A DNA stretch of 32,000 nt from Candidatus Altimarinota bacterium (GCA_041659405.1 JBAZYK010000010.1:1-32000), one strand, 5' to 3'; counted from the stretch's first letter, positions 15,649-24,531 are shown. The notes: generated by a model not told the origin, from the sequence alone. Numbers and translations are program-made.

Positions 15649-16425
15649 ATGCGAAAATTGCTGGTTTTGTTTGGTCTGATTTTTTCTTTGTTGCTGTTTG
15701 CGGCTTGTTCTTCCGGTAATCAGAATGGCGGCATCTCTTGGCAAAAGGTTAAAACGGGGTTTTATTACTCTGAATTTTTCAAAGATCAGCGCGATTTTAT
15801 TTTGGTAAAAATGGATCCTAAATATTTCCACTTTTCGGTTTATCAAAATAAAAATTTGGAAGAAGCTAAAACCATTAAGGAAATTCATCAGCAGGAACAG
15901 GCTTTAATTACATTTAATGGATCATTTTTTGGTGAAGATTTTAAGCCGGTCAGCTTTTTAAAGAGTGATGGAAAGATTTTTCATAAACTCTCCAAGGCAA
16001 ATCTTGTTGATGGAATTTTTGTGTTTTCAAAGGACGATAAGCCAAATCTATTTAGCGCGGAAAGTTTTAAAGATAGTGACGATATAACTTTTGCCATGCA
16101 AAATGGTCCAATTCTATTGGATGAAATGGGAAAGGCTAAAATTGTTTCAGATACGGGCAAAATTGGCAGCAGAACGGCTTTGGGTATAGATAAAGATCAA
16201 AATGTGGTGTTGATTATCATTCAGCAGAGTCTTTTTAATTCCGGGAATGGGATCACCCTGTATCAATTTGCCGATATTTTGGCTAACGACGCGCAATTTA
16301 AGGGGATGGGGCTGCATTCGGTTTTAAATCTTGATGGTGGGGCTTCTACCGGCATGATGATTGGGTCGCAGTACTATCCGGAAATGGATAAAGTGCAAAA
16401 TATGGTAATCGTGAAGGACAAATAA
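15649..16425 (+). CDS. lipoprotein, phosphodiester glycosidase (NAGPA/DUF2233) family
   Basis: ATG at 15649 gives MRKLLVLFGLIFSLLLFAAC, a signal peptide plus lipobox Cys. Family blocks: LITFNGSFF, FAMQNGPILL, RTALGIDKDQNVVLIII, LNLDGGASTGMM. Confidence 0.8.
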   Translation: MRKLLVLFGLIFSLLLFAACSSGNQNGGISWQKVKTGFYYSEFFKDQRDFILVKMDPKYFHFSVYQNKNLEEAKTIKEIHQQEQALITFNGSFFGEDFKPVSFLKSDGKIFHKLSKANLVDGIFVFSKDDKPNLFSAESFKDSDDITFAMQNGPILLDEMGKAKIVSDTGKIGSRTALGIDKDQNVVLIIIQQSLFNSGNGITLYQFADILANDAQFKGMGLHSVLNLDGGASTGMMIGSQYYPEMDKVQNMVIVKDK

Positions 16426-16483
16426 ACTTGCAAATAAGCCTTTTTTGGAGTTATGCTTATGTTCTCTAATGTAAAAGGTTTAT

Positions 16484-17602
16484 ATGCAAAAGCGGTTTTT
16501 GATTGTCAGTGACATTGAAATGGGGAAAAATGACGTGATGGATGATTTTTCGGATGATCATGTCTTCGCTCATTTTGTTGAGAAAATTCTGGAAAAAGAT
16601 AAAGGGGACGAGGAAGTTTTTTTGCTTTTGAATGGCGATATTTTTGATTTTTTGAAAATGGATTTTAGGGGGGAGCATACCCGTTATATTACCGAGGATG
16701 TTTCTTTGTGGAAGCTGGAAAATATTTTTGATGCTCATCCGGTGATGTTTGAGGCTTTGCGGGCCTTTTTGCAGAAGGAAAGTCATAAGATAATTTTTAT
16801 TATCGGGAATCATGATTTTGATTTGATTTGGCCAAAGGTTCAGGGAAAAATCGCCGGGCATCTGGGCAAAAAATCACAGGTTGGATTTACCTATAGTTTT
16901 GATTATGAAAAATTGCATGTTGAACATGGAAATATGCTGGATCCGTTTTTTTGCAATGATGTGAAAAAGCCTTTTGTAAGCCATAAAGGTCAGAAAGTTT
17001 TAAACTTGCCGGTGGGGGCATATGTGTTCTTTTCCGAATTGGCCCCGGTTAAGCGAAAATTTGCCAAAGAAGAGCAGTTTTATCCACGAGAAAAAATTGC
17101 CGATTTTTATCCGGAATATGGCGTGGAAATCACTAAGGTTATCAAACGATACTTTTGGAAGGGCGTGATGGAGCCCTGGATCCATTTAGCTGATCCGACT
17201 TATCGAATTAATTATCTTCCTTTTATAAAACATGTTTTAACCTTTGGGCTGGATTTTATTAATGATGAACGTTTTTTACCTTCCCGCCTGAATTCGTTAA
17301 GAAGACGTCATCCTAAAAAAGAAGTTTTTGTGACTGGGCATGCTCATCTTTTTAAAAATGTTGCTTTTCAGAAACAGCGGTTTTTTGTGACTGATACGTG
17401 GAGAAATGAATATGATTTGTTAAGGGAAGGGAATCCAAAAAAAGCAAAAACTTATGCGGAACTGCTTTTTGATAATGAAAATCTGATGCAGTCCGATTTG
17501 CATGTTTTTGATTTTAACGAAATTCCGCGCGAACATAGAACGGTTGAAATGGCTGATATTGAACTTAAAAAGACTGTTTTTGAAAAATTACCTAAGCTGT
17601 AG
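16484..17602 (+). CDS. calcineurin-like metallophosphoesterase
   Basis: Metal-binding blocks LIVSDIEMG, LLLNGDIFD, IIGNHDFDL, HVEHGN and VTGHAHL, in the canonical order D-x-x / GD / GNHD / H / GH-x-H. Confidence 0.8.
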   Translation: MQKRFLIVSDIEMGKNDVMDDFSDDHVFAHFVEKILEKDKGDEEVFLLLNGDIFDFLKMDFRGEHTRYITEDVSLWKLENIFDAHPVMFEALRAFLQKESHKIIFIIGNHDFDLIWPKVQGKIAGHLGKKSQVGFTYSFDYEKLHVEHGNMLDPFFCNDVKKPFVSHKGQKVLNLPVGAYVFFSELAPVKRKFAKEEQFYPREKIADFYPEYGVEITKVIKRYFWKGVMEPWIHLADPTYRINYLPFIKHVLTFGLDFINDERFLPSRLNSLRRRHPKKEVFVTGHAHLFKNVAFQKQRFFVTDTWRNEYDLLREGNPKKAKTYAELLFDNENLMQSDLHVFDFNEIPREHRTVEMADIELKKTVFEKLPKL

Positions 17603-17608
17603 GGGAGT

Positions 17609-18142
17609 TTAAATTTCTGATAGTATTAGAATTAATTCTTGAATGAAGGCGGCATTTTTAGGAAGCATTGTGTCACGCGTATATTCGATGTCCGGGCGGT
17701 TTGTCAGCCTAAAACCTATTTTCCCAGATCCTGAATTAACACTACACTTCATGCCTTCTTCTCTGGCGATTCTATTTAGTTCGTGTATGAGTCTCATTGG
17801 GGTAATTGTTATTCCCATGATTGGAACCCTTGCAAGTTCTTGGATTGAAACGGCATCAGATTTTATGTTGATGGTGATTGGTTGAGGGCCTGTAGGTCTT
17901 TCAAAATGGGTAGAATTGGCAGATGGGATATTAACTATTTTGCAAAGAACATCTTTGTGATGAATGACTTGGCTGCTGTAGACTCCGGGGATTGGAGGTG
18001 TGGCGCTAATTGTGGTTGTCGTAATTGCACGTTCTCGCATTTGCTCCAGCATTGTTGAAAGTGGAGTGGGCGCGGGTGGTGGGGCCTTTGTGGGGGAGAG
18101 TTTCCGGGGTTCTGTGCCGTTGTGATCTTCTGGGCTTATCAT
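17609..18142 (-). CDS. hypothetical protein (orphan; Pro-rich N-terminus)
   Basis: 177-aa ORF that looks GC-richer than its surroundings. The N-terminus PTKAPPPAPTPLS appears disordered. No motif recognised. An 80-aa ORF is open on the opposite strand, so coding status is not certain. Confidence 0.45.
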   Translation of the reverse strand: MISPEDHNGTEPRKLSPTKAPPPAPTPLSTMLEQMRERAITTTTISATPPIPGVYSSQVIHHKDVLCKIVNIPSANSTHFERPTGPQPITINIKSDAVSIQELARVPIMGITITPMRLIHELNRIAREEGMKCSVNSGSGKIGFRLTNRPDIEYTRDTMLPKNAAFIQELILILSEI

Positions 18143-18368
18143 TGGTTCTAATAATTGAGCTTATTTTGTTGTATAGGTAGGCATTAAAATGGTGCCCAAT
18201 GGTCATTTAATCATAAAATGTTGTATTTGTCAAAGTGGCATCGGGTGAAAGGCGATTTTGTCTATAATTAAAGCCAAAATACGGGTTTTTTAAGTACGTA
18301 TTTGCGTTTGGATGGTTTTGAGAGATAATGCGGTAGCTGTTCAATTTCTGGGAGCTGCCTGTGGTAAT

Positions 18369-18444
18369 CGGAGTATAGCGCAGATGGTAGCGCGCACCCA
18401 TGGGGTGGGTGAGGTCGTGGGTTCAAATCCCACTACTCCGACCA
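18369..18444 (+). tRNA. tRNA-Pro (anticodon GGG), CCA encoded
   Basis: CGGAGTA TA GCGC AGATGGTA GCGC G CACCC ATGGGGT GGGTG AGGTC GTGGG TTCAAAT CCCAC TACTCCG A CCA. U33, anticodon GGG, G37. Confidence 0.95.
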
Positions 18445-18450
18445 AAATTT

Positions 18451-18476
18451 AAAACCCTTTTCCCGAAAAGGTTTTT
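18451..18476 (+). terminator. weak intrinsic terminator candidate after tRNA-Pro(GGG)
   Basis: CCTTTT-CCCG-AAAAGG stem-loop (18456-18471) flanked by an A-run and a T-run. The stem is AU-rich and short. Confidence 0.35.
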
Positions 18477-18589
18477 AAATTCGCGAAAAGGGCTATGTAT
18501 CGAAACTAATTAAGGTTTGAACTCATATTCAAAATAGCTTTTAGACTCGTCTTCTTCGTGTATAAATTTTAGATAAGTAAAGTTTTTCA

Positions 18590-18799
18590 TTAAAAGAAAT
18601 TACTGTCTTTTGCAGTGACTCTTTCCATTATAGGCATTTTTCCACTTTTTTTTGCTAATTTTTGCGCTTCTGCGTAGGCATCTTCAGGAAATGCACTGGA
18701 AAAGAGCACTTTCGGATTTGGGTCATCACCATGGAAAAGTATGTATAGGTTTTCATATTTAGATATGTTTTTTGGCCGACTGTATTGAATTGTTGTCAT
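18590..18799 (-). CDS. small hypothetical protein (DUF5678-like pattern)
   Basis: 69 aa. KYENLYILFHGDDPNPKVLFSSAFPEDAYAEAQKLAKKSGKMPIMERV resembles the small DUF5678-type proteins common in small-genome bacteria and archaea. Recognition is weak. Confidence 0.45.
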   Translation of the reverse strand: MTTIQYSRPKNISKYENLYILFHGDDPNPKVLFSSAFPEDAYAEAQKLAKKSGKMPIMERVTAKDSNFF

Positions 18800-18863
18800 A
18801 TGTAAAATATAAATACATGCTTTAGTGTATTATACCCTATACTAAATAGTAAACTGTTTAAGT

Positions 18864-18890
18864 AAAAAAACGCTGGTCATGTGGCGTTTT
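18864..18890 (-). terminator. intrinsic terminator candidate downstream of the wHTH-ATPase gene
   Basis: The minus strand reads AAAACGC-(10 nt loop)-GCGTTTTTTTAC. The GC stem is short and extended by A:U pairs, then runs into a U tract. Confidence 0.4.
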
Positions 18891-18968
18891 ATATTTTCTT
18901 TCTTGGTCTAAAAGCTCGTGGTTCGTATTTTGCGCCACCTTGCTGCCCTGGATGTGAAGTTTGGTAGG

Positions 18969-19976
18969 TCATGGGTGTGCGCTATTAATCGCCCTTTTTA
19001 TCATAAAATTTACGCCTGCCTGCATGTTGATTGGTTGGATTTTGATTTTTGGATATTTTGTTTTAAATACCCTGAAAACCTCGTCGGCAAAGGCTTGTCC
19101 TACGGTGGGGACATCGTTAAAGTCGAGAATAATGGTTTTGAATTTTTCCAGACCGGAGAGGACTCTTCTGGCTTGGGAACGTGAAATGTAGATTGTGCCC
19201 ATTGTGTACAACTTGATTAAAACTTCTGTTTTGTCGAATCCGTATTCTCCTGGGCTGCTTTGATAAGCCATAAAGACATCATTCAAATGTTTTTTTGTAT
19301 TAAGGTCTATGGAAAAAGTTACTTCTGTTCCGTGAATTCCTTTTTCATTTTTTTCGATGAAAACGTCGGGCAAGTTATTATCAACTGTTAATTTATAATC
19401 ATAACTGTTTAGCACAAATTTATCGGCAGTTTTGGAAGTAAAAAAAATGCCTTCACCGGAATGAGCTTTTGGGGCAGTGGTTACTTTTCCCTTTAATAAG
19501 TCTTGGATAGCCTCTTCTTCGTTTTTTAATTTACGTTTTTTCATGATGTTTCTGAAAACACCGACTCCGGAATCAATAACTTTAAATGTGAGCATGGTGT
19601 CTTCTTTTTGGACAGTAACCTGAATTTTTTTTGACTGTGAATGTTCGATGGCGTTGTTAAACATTTCAGAAAAGCCATAGGTGAAAATGCTTTGCAGGTT
19701 TTCCGGGAGCTGCTTCAGAAAATTATATTTTGACTCAAGCTCAATTAAGACCTTATGTTCTTCCAACCCTTTGTTTGTATATTCAATAGTTTGGTCCGGT
19801 ACATATCTTACGGATCGGCCCGCCCCAATTTGTTGTAATTTGCCTTGTTTAACCAGTTTTTTAAGATAGTTGGCGACTGTAACACGACTATATTTACCCT
19901 TGAGGGCTTTTTTAATTTCTCTGTTCGTAATTGGCTTACTGCGGGCCAGATCAAGGATAATTTTGTCGATTAGCAT
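18969..19976 (-). CDS. winged-HTH + GHKL (RsbW/SpoIIAB-like HATPase) + STAS-like DUF4325 fusion protein
   Basis: Preferred start is ATG at 19976 (MLIDKIILDLARSKPITNREIKKAL...VANYLKKLVKQGKL = wHTH). GHKL boxes: N box FSEMFNNAIEHS, G1 DSGVGVF, G2 HSGEGIFFTS. C-terminal ISRSQARRVLSGLEKFKTIILDFNDVPTVGQAFADEVFRVF matches the DUF4325 pattern. Confidence 0.75.
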   Translation of the reverse strand: MLIDKIILDLARSKPITNREIKKALKGKYSRVTVANYLKKLVKQGKLQQIGAGRSVRYVPDQTIEYTNKGLEEHKVLIELESKYNFLKQLPENLQSIFTYGFSEMFNNAIEHSQSKKIQVTVQKEDTMLTFKVIDSGVGVFRNIMKKRKLKNEEEAIQDLLKGKVTTAPKAHSGEGIFFTSKTADKFVLNSYDYKLTVDNNLPDVFIEKNEKGIHGTEVTFSIDLNTKKHLNDVFMAYQSSPGEYGFDKTEVLIKLYTMGTIYISRSQARRVLSGLEKFKTIILDFNDVPTVGQAFADEVFRVFKTKYPKIKIQPINMQAGVNFMIKRAINSAHP

Positions 19977-20029
19977 AATTGTAAAGTTAATCTGACTTAA
20001 TTGTAAAGCAACTTGGCCTAATTGTAAAG
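19976..20029. promoter_or_regulatory. three perfect 11-bp direct repeats (TAATTGTAAAG) phased at 22 and 21 bp; candidate operator/promoter array
   Basis: Copies at 19976-19986, 19998-20008 and 20019-20029. The first overlaps the ATG of the wHTH-ATPase gene. On the minus strand each copy reads CTTTACAATTA and so contains a TACAAT -10-like hexamer. Confidence 0.6.
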
Positions 20030-20132
20030 CGGTGATGGTGCTAATCGTTAAGCTCGGTTGGTGTAAAGGGTCATAATCTTGACGCAAAATGGTTTAATCG
20101 TTATGGTGATTAGCACCTGTAATGAATAATTA

Positions 20133-21881
20133 ATGTCTGCGACACATACTACAAATAGAAAATCTTCTGAAGCGAGTCTTTTTGAGCTCCTTAAGCCATA
20201 TGCTCTTTGGATATTGGTCATGATTTTATTGACTGTTTTGAGCAATGGTTTGAATTTGGCGGTGCCTAAAATTATTGCGAATGCCATTGATAGTTTTACC
20301 AAGGGCGATTTTGTTTTGCTGAATGTGATTATTGAGTTTTCCCTAGTGGCGCTGAGCATTTTTATTTTCACCTGTCTGTCCGGGATTGTTCAAACATATA
20401 CTTCCGAACGCGTTGCCAGGGATCTGCGTACGCAATTGGTAGCCAAAATTTCCATTCAGGATTATGCCTATATTCAACGCACCAATCCGGCAAAACTTTT
20501 AACCAATTTAACGTCCGATGTTGATGCGATAAAGTCGTTTGTGGCTCAGGCAATTGCTTCAATTATTTCTTCCGTTTTTTTAATTGTTGGCGCAAGTATT
20601 CTTTTACTTTTGATAAACTGGAGGCTTGCTCTTGCCGTTCTTGTGGCTGTGCCGTTGGTGGGGACGGCGTTTTATGTAATCTTTGGAAAAGTTCGAAAAT
20701 TATTCAGGAAGCAGCAGGAAGCCATTGATTGGCTGAATAAAGTTATTAATGAAAGTATTTTGGGGGCGGGACTTATCCGACTTTTAAATTCGGAACAATA
20801 CGAATATCAAAAATTTCTGGATGCGAATACCGAAGCGAAAAACATTGGATTCGGTATTTTACGCCTTTTTGCCAGCCTGATTCCCGTGATTACTTTTGTG
20901 ACCAACCTGGCAATTTTGACGATTTTGGCACTGGGTGGCCATTTTGTGATTAGCGGAAGTATGAGTCTTGGTGAATTTACGGCGTTTAACAGTTATCTTT
21001 CCATTCTGATTTTTCCAATCATGATTATTGGTTTCATGAGTAATGTGATTGCGCAGGCGTCGGCTTCATATCAACGAATTAATGAGGTGATTAAGGCTGA
21101 ACATAAAAAAGACACCGGGCATCTTACAACAAAGTTGCATGGTGATATTGAAGTGAAAAATGTGTGTGTATCTTTTGGTGAAAAAATGGCGCTTAAGGAT
21201 GTTTCTTTTAAAGTTAAGGCTGGGACGAAAACGGCAATTATTGGGCCAACTGCCGCCGGGAAAACGCAGCTGCTTTATTTACTGACCGGGTTGCTTGAGC
21301 CAACTTCCGGAATAGTGGAATATGATGGAAAATCGGTTGATCAATATGTGAAACAGTCGCTGCATCAACAGGTTGGGTTTGTGTTTCAGGATAGTGTTAT
21401 TTTTAATCTGACACTTAGGGAAAATATTGCCTTTAGCAATACGGTGAAGGATAAAGATATTCAAAAAGCCATTGATACGGCCGAGCTACATAACTTTATT
21501 AATGGGCTTCCGGACAAACTTGATACTGTGGTTTCTGAACGTGGAACCAGCCTTTCCGGAGGCCAAAAACAGCGCATCATGCTTGCCAGGGCTTTGGCTC
21601 TGAATCCAAAAGTTTTGCTGCTTGATGATTTTACCGCGCGTGTTGATACCGGTACCGAACAAAAAGTTTTGCAAAATGTTCAGAAAAATTATCCGGATAT
21701 TACTTTGGTTTCGGTCACTCAGAAAATTTCTTCCATAGAACATTACGATCAAATTATTCTTTTAATGGAGGGGGAAATATTGGCTACAGGTAGGCATCTT
21801 GAACTTATGCAGAAATCACCGGAATATGTCCAAATTTATAACTCTCAACAAAGTACAAATAATTATGAATTACGCACTTAA
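20133..21881 (+). CDS. ABC exporter, fused permease/ATPase subunit (type 1 exporter, MdlA/YheI-like)
   Basis: Six-helix TMD followed by an NBD with Walker A GPTAAGKTQLL, signature LSGGQKQRI and Walker B VLLLDD. Confidence 0.9.
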   Translation: MSATHTTNRKSSEASLFELLKPYALWILVMILLTVLSNGLNLAVPKIIANAIDSFTKGDFVLLNVIIEFSLVALSIFIFTCLSGIVQTYTSERVARDLRTQLVAKISIQDYAYIQRTNPAKLLTNLTSDVDAIKSFVAQAIASIISSVFLIVGASILLLLINWRLALAVLVAVPLVGTAFYVIFGKVRKLFRKQQEAIDWLNKVINESILGAGLIRLLNSEQYEYQKFLDANTEAKNIGFGILRLFASLIPVITFVTNLAILTILALGGHFVISGSMSLGEFTAFNSYLSILIFPIMIIGFMSNVIAQASASYQRINEVIKAEHKKDTGHLTTKLHGDIEVKNVCVSFGEKMALKDVSFKVKAGTKTAIIGPTAAGKTQLLYLLTGLLEPTSGIVEYDGKSVDQYVKQSLHQQVGFVFQDSVIFNLTLRENIAFSNTVKDKDIQKAIDTAELHNFINGLPDKLDTVVSERGTSLSGGQKQRIMLARALALNPKVLLLDDFTARVDTGTEQKVLQNVQKNYPDITLVSVTQKISSIEHYDQIILLMEGEILATGRHLELMQKSPEYVQIYNSQQSTNNYELRT

Positions 21882-23622
21882 TAATTCCGGTAAAAGTGGA
21901 GGAAAAGTAACGCTTGGAATGGCGCTGAAAAAACTTGTGCCATTTTTGGCCGGCGAAAAAAGGAATGTGATTGTGGCTTTTATCGCGATTGTCATTAACG
22001 CAACGTCAAATTTGCTTGGGCCGATTATTATTGGCTATACGGTCGATAATTATATTCAGACCAAAAATTTTCAGGGCGTTTTGATTTTTGTGGCTATTCT
22101 TTTGGGAATATATGTTGCCGGATTGATTGCGATTTATGTGCAGACAATTACCATGGGTGGTGTTGGTCGAAGGGTTCTTTTTAATTTGAGGAATGCCATT
22201 TTTACAAAATTGCAGGAGCTTCCTGTGGCTTTTTTTAATCAAAACAAAGCAGGTGATCTGATTTCAAGAATTAATAACGATACCGATAAATTGAATCAGT
22301 TTTTTGCCCAGGCGTTGATGCAGTTTGTAGGGAGTTTCTTTATGATTGTTGGTGCGGGAATATTTTTATTAAGTTTGAATATACGGCTTGGTGTTGCGGC
22401 AGTCTTGCCGGCGCTTGGGGTAGTGGTAGTTACACAAGTTCTTTCCGCATGGGTGAAACGGAAAAATCTGCAAAGTTTGCAGAGTCTTGGTGGAATGAGC
22501 GCTGAAATTCAGGAAAGTCTGGAAAATTTTAAAGTGATTGTTGCTTTTAATCGCCTTGATTATTTTAGAAAAAAATTTGACGAAGCCAATCAGAAAAATT
22601 ATGCAGTATCTATTTGGGCGGGCATTGCCAGCAATATTTTTATCCCAATTTACAGTTTGGCTTCAAATATTGCGCAATTGGTGACACTTGCTTATGGAAT
22701 TTATTTGATTTCGCTGGGGAATTTTACGATTGGTTTGCTCATCGGCTTTTTGCTCTATGTAAATAGTTTTTATGGGCCTTTACGCCAACTTGGAGCTTTA
22801 TGGGCATCGCTACAGCTTGCGTTGGCGGCGCTTGATCGTATTTCTGAAGTGCTTGCTCTTAAATCCAACATGGAAGTGATTTCGGCGCATCATGTTAAGT
22901 CTGATTTTTTGTTGGAGTTTAGAAATGTGAGTTTTGCTTATTCCGACGAAAAAATGGTTTTGAAAAATATTCAGCTCGGGCTTAAAAAGGGCCATACTTA
23001 CGCGTTTGTGGGTCCAACCGGTGGAGGGAAAACAACTACGGCTTCTTTGATGGCGCGACTTTATGATCCGATTGAAGGAGTTATTTTACTAGATGGTAAA
23101 GATCTTCGTTCCTATAAACCCGCAGAACGTTCAAAGAAAATTGGCTTTATTCTGCAGGAGCCTTTTCTTTTTACCGGAACGTTGAAGGATAATATCTTGT
23201 ATGGCAATGAACAATATTTTAATCACACCAATGAGCAATTGCGTGAAATCTTGGAAAAACACGGGCTTTCAAGCCTGCTTGCCAGATTTGAGCAGGGACT
23301 TGATACCAAAATTGCAACAAGTGGGAATACCATCAGTCTGGGCCAAAAACAACTTATTGCTTTTATCCGCGCAGTGATGCGTGAACCGGAAATTTTGATT
23401 CTTGATGAAGCAACCGCGAATATCGATACCGTTACCGAACAGTTGCTCGAAGAAATCTTGAATAAATTGCCAAAAGAGACGACTAAAATTATTATCGCGC
23501 ATCGCTTAAATACAATAAGTAATGCTGATCAAATCTGCTTTGTGAATGGAGGAGAAATCACGCTGGCGGGTTCCATGGAGCATGCAATGGAAATGCTTTT
23601 ACATGGAAAAAGGAAGAGTTAA
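21865..23622 (+). CDS. ABC exporter, fused permease/ATPase subunit (partner half, MdlB/YheH-like)
   Basis: Start taken at ATG 21865 (MNYALNNSGK), overlapping the upstream gene by 17 nt. Walker A GPTGGGKTTTA, signature ISLGQKQLI, Walker B ILILDEATA. Confidence 0.9.
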   Translation: MNYALNNSGKSGGKVTLGMALKKLVPFLAGEKRNVIVAFIAIVINATSNLLGPIIIGYTVDNYIQTKNFQGVLIFVAILLGIYVAGLIAIYVQTITMGGVGRRVLFNLRNAIFTKLQELPVAFFNQNKAGDLISRINNDTDKLNQFFAQALMQFVGSFFMIVGAGIFLLSLNIRLGVAAVLPALGVVVVTQVLSAWVKRKNLQSLQSLGGMSAEIQESLENFKVIVAFNRLDYFRKKFDEANQKNYAVSIWAGIASNIFIPIYSLASNIAQLVTLAYGIYLISLGNFTIGLLIGFLLYVNSFYGPLRQLGALWASLQLALAALDRISEVLALKSNMEVISAHHVKSDFLLEFRNVSFAYSDEKMVLKNIQLGLKKGHTYAFVGPTGGGKTTTASLMARLYDPIEGVILLDGKDLRSYKPAERSKKIGFILQEPFLFTGTLKDNILYGNEQYFNHTNEQLREILEKHGLSSLLARFEQGLDTKIATSGNTISLGQKQLIAFIRAVMREPEILILDEATANIDTVTEQLLEEILNKLPKETTKIIIAHRLNTISNADQICFVNGGEITLAGSMEHAMEMLLHGKRKS

Positions 23623-23715
23623 TATTGGCACGATTTTGAAGAGCGGGCGTTTGCAAAAAGAATTTGCGAGGGCTATATTCAAATATGGTTTTTTATTTGG
23701 TAATCGTTTGAAATT

Positions 23716-24510
23716 ATGGAAAATATAAGTGCACTTATGGATCTAAAAGGGAAGACGGCAATTGTTACAGGTGGGGCTTTGGGAATAGGGCTGGGTATTG
23801 TTTATAGGCTGGCGGAAGCGGGCGCTAATGTGGTTATTGCCAATAATGTAGAGGCGGCGGCTTTGGATGCGGTAAGAGATCTGACTGCAAAAAAATGGAA
23901 TGTTTCAGAAATTTTGACTGATGTTTCCAAAGAAGAGGATGTGAAAAAAATGGTTGAGTTTGCGGTTTCCACTTATGGCGCTGTTGATATTTTGGTAAAC
24001 AATGCGGGAATTTATCCTTCGGTGACTTTCGCGAATATGACATTGGCGGATTTTGAAAAAGTGATTAACGTGAATTTGAAAGGTGTTTTTTTGTGTGTGA
24101 AATATGTTTCGGAGCAGATGATCAAACAGGGGAAAGGTGGCAAAATTATTAATGTGACTTCGGTTGATGCGTTGCATCCTTCTTCGATTGGATTGGCCCA
24201 TTATGATGCTTCCAAGCATGGGGTTTGGGGATTTACCAAAAATGTGGCGCTGGAATTGGCACAACATAAAATTTGGGTAAACGCGATTGCTCCGGGGGCG
24301 ATATTAACTCCGGGGACACAGGTTCCTCAAAAAGAAAATACCGGCGTGGATATGAAAAAAATATTGGAAGTTTTTATGACTAAAATTCCAATGCACAGAA
24401 TGGGCGAGCCCGATGAAATCGGCAAAGTCGCGCTGTTTTTGGCGTCGGAGATGTCTTCTTATATGACAGGCTCCCAAATTGTGGTTGATGGTGGCGTTTT
24501 GTTGTCTTAG
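23716..24510 (+). CDS. short-chain dehydrogenase/reductase (FabG/glucose 1-dehydrogenase-like)
   Basis: TGGALGIGLGI (TGxxxGxG), NNAGI and the catalytic YDASKHG (YxxxK). 264 aa. Confidence 0.9.
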   Translation: MENISALMDLKGKTAIVTGGALGIGLGIVYRLAEAGANVVIANNVEAAALDAVRDLTAKKWNVSEILTDVSKEEDVKKMVEFAVSTYGAVDILVNNAGIYPSVTFANMTLADFEKVINVNLKGVFLCVKYVSEQMIKQGKGGKIINVTSVDALHPSSIGLAHYDASKHGVWGFTKNVALELAQHKIWVNAIAPGAILTPGTQVPQKENTGVDMKKILEVFMTKIPMHRMGEPDEIGKVALFLASEMSSYMTGSQIVVDGGVLLS

Positions 24511-24531
24511 CCAATCTTCCGGTAGCCTTAA

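Noticed and set aside
18207-18401. ORF 18207..18401 (-), and also 18006..18206 (-)
   Set aside because: The first overlaps the 5' half of tRNA-Pro(GGG) on the opposite strand. The second is an alternative frame over the start of the 177-aa orphan ORF. Neither has support.
15327-20029. CRISPR interpretation of the 53-bp repeats (15327/15484) or the 11-bp repeats (19976-20029)
   Set aside because: There are only two and three copies respectively. The 11-bp units are too short, the 'spacer' between the 53-bp copies is a tRNA gene, and no cas genes are present.
19977-20087. 37-codon N-terminal extension of the wHTH-ATPase ORF (track start 20087)
   Set aside because: The extension is the translation of the three 11-bp repeats (ALQLGQVALQLSQINFTIM). 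The wHTH begins cleanly at the ATG at 19976, so I moved the start.
21799-21864. Track start at 21799 for the second ABC subunit
   Set aside because: It would overlap the upstream ABC gene by 83 nt. The ATG at 21865 (MNYALNNSGK) gives a typical short overlap and a normal N-terminus.
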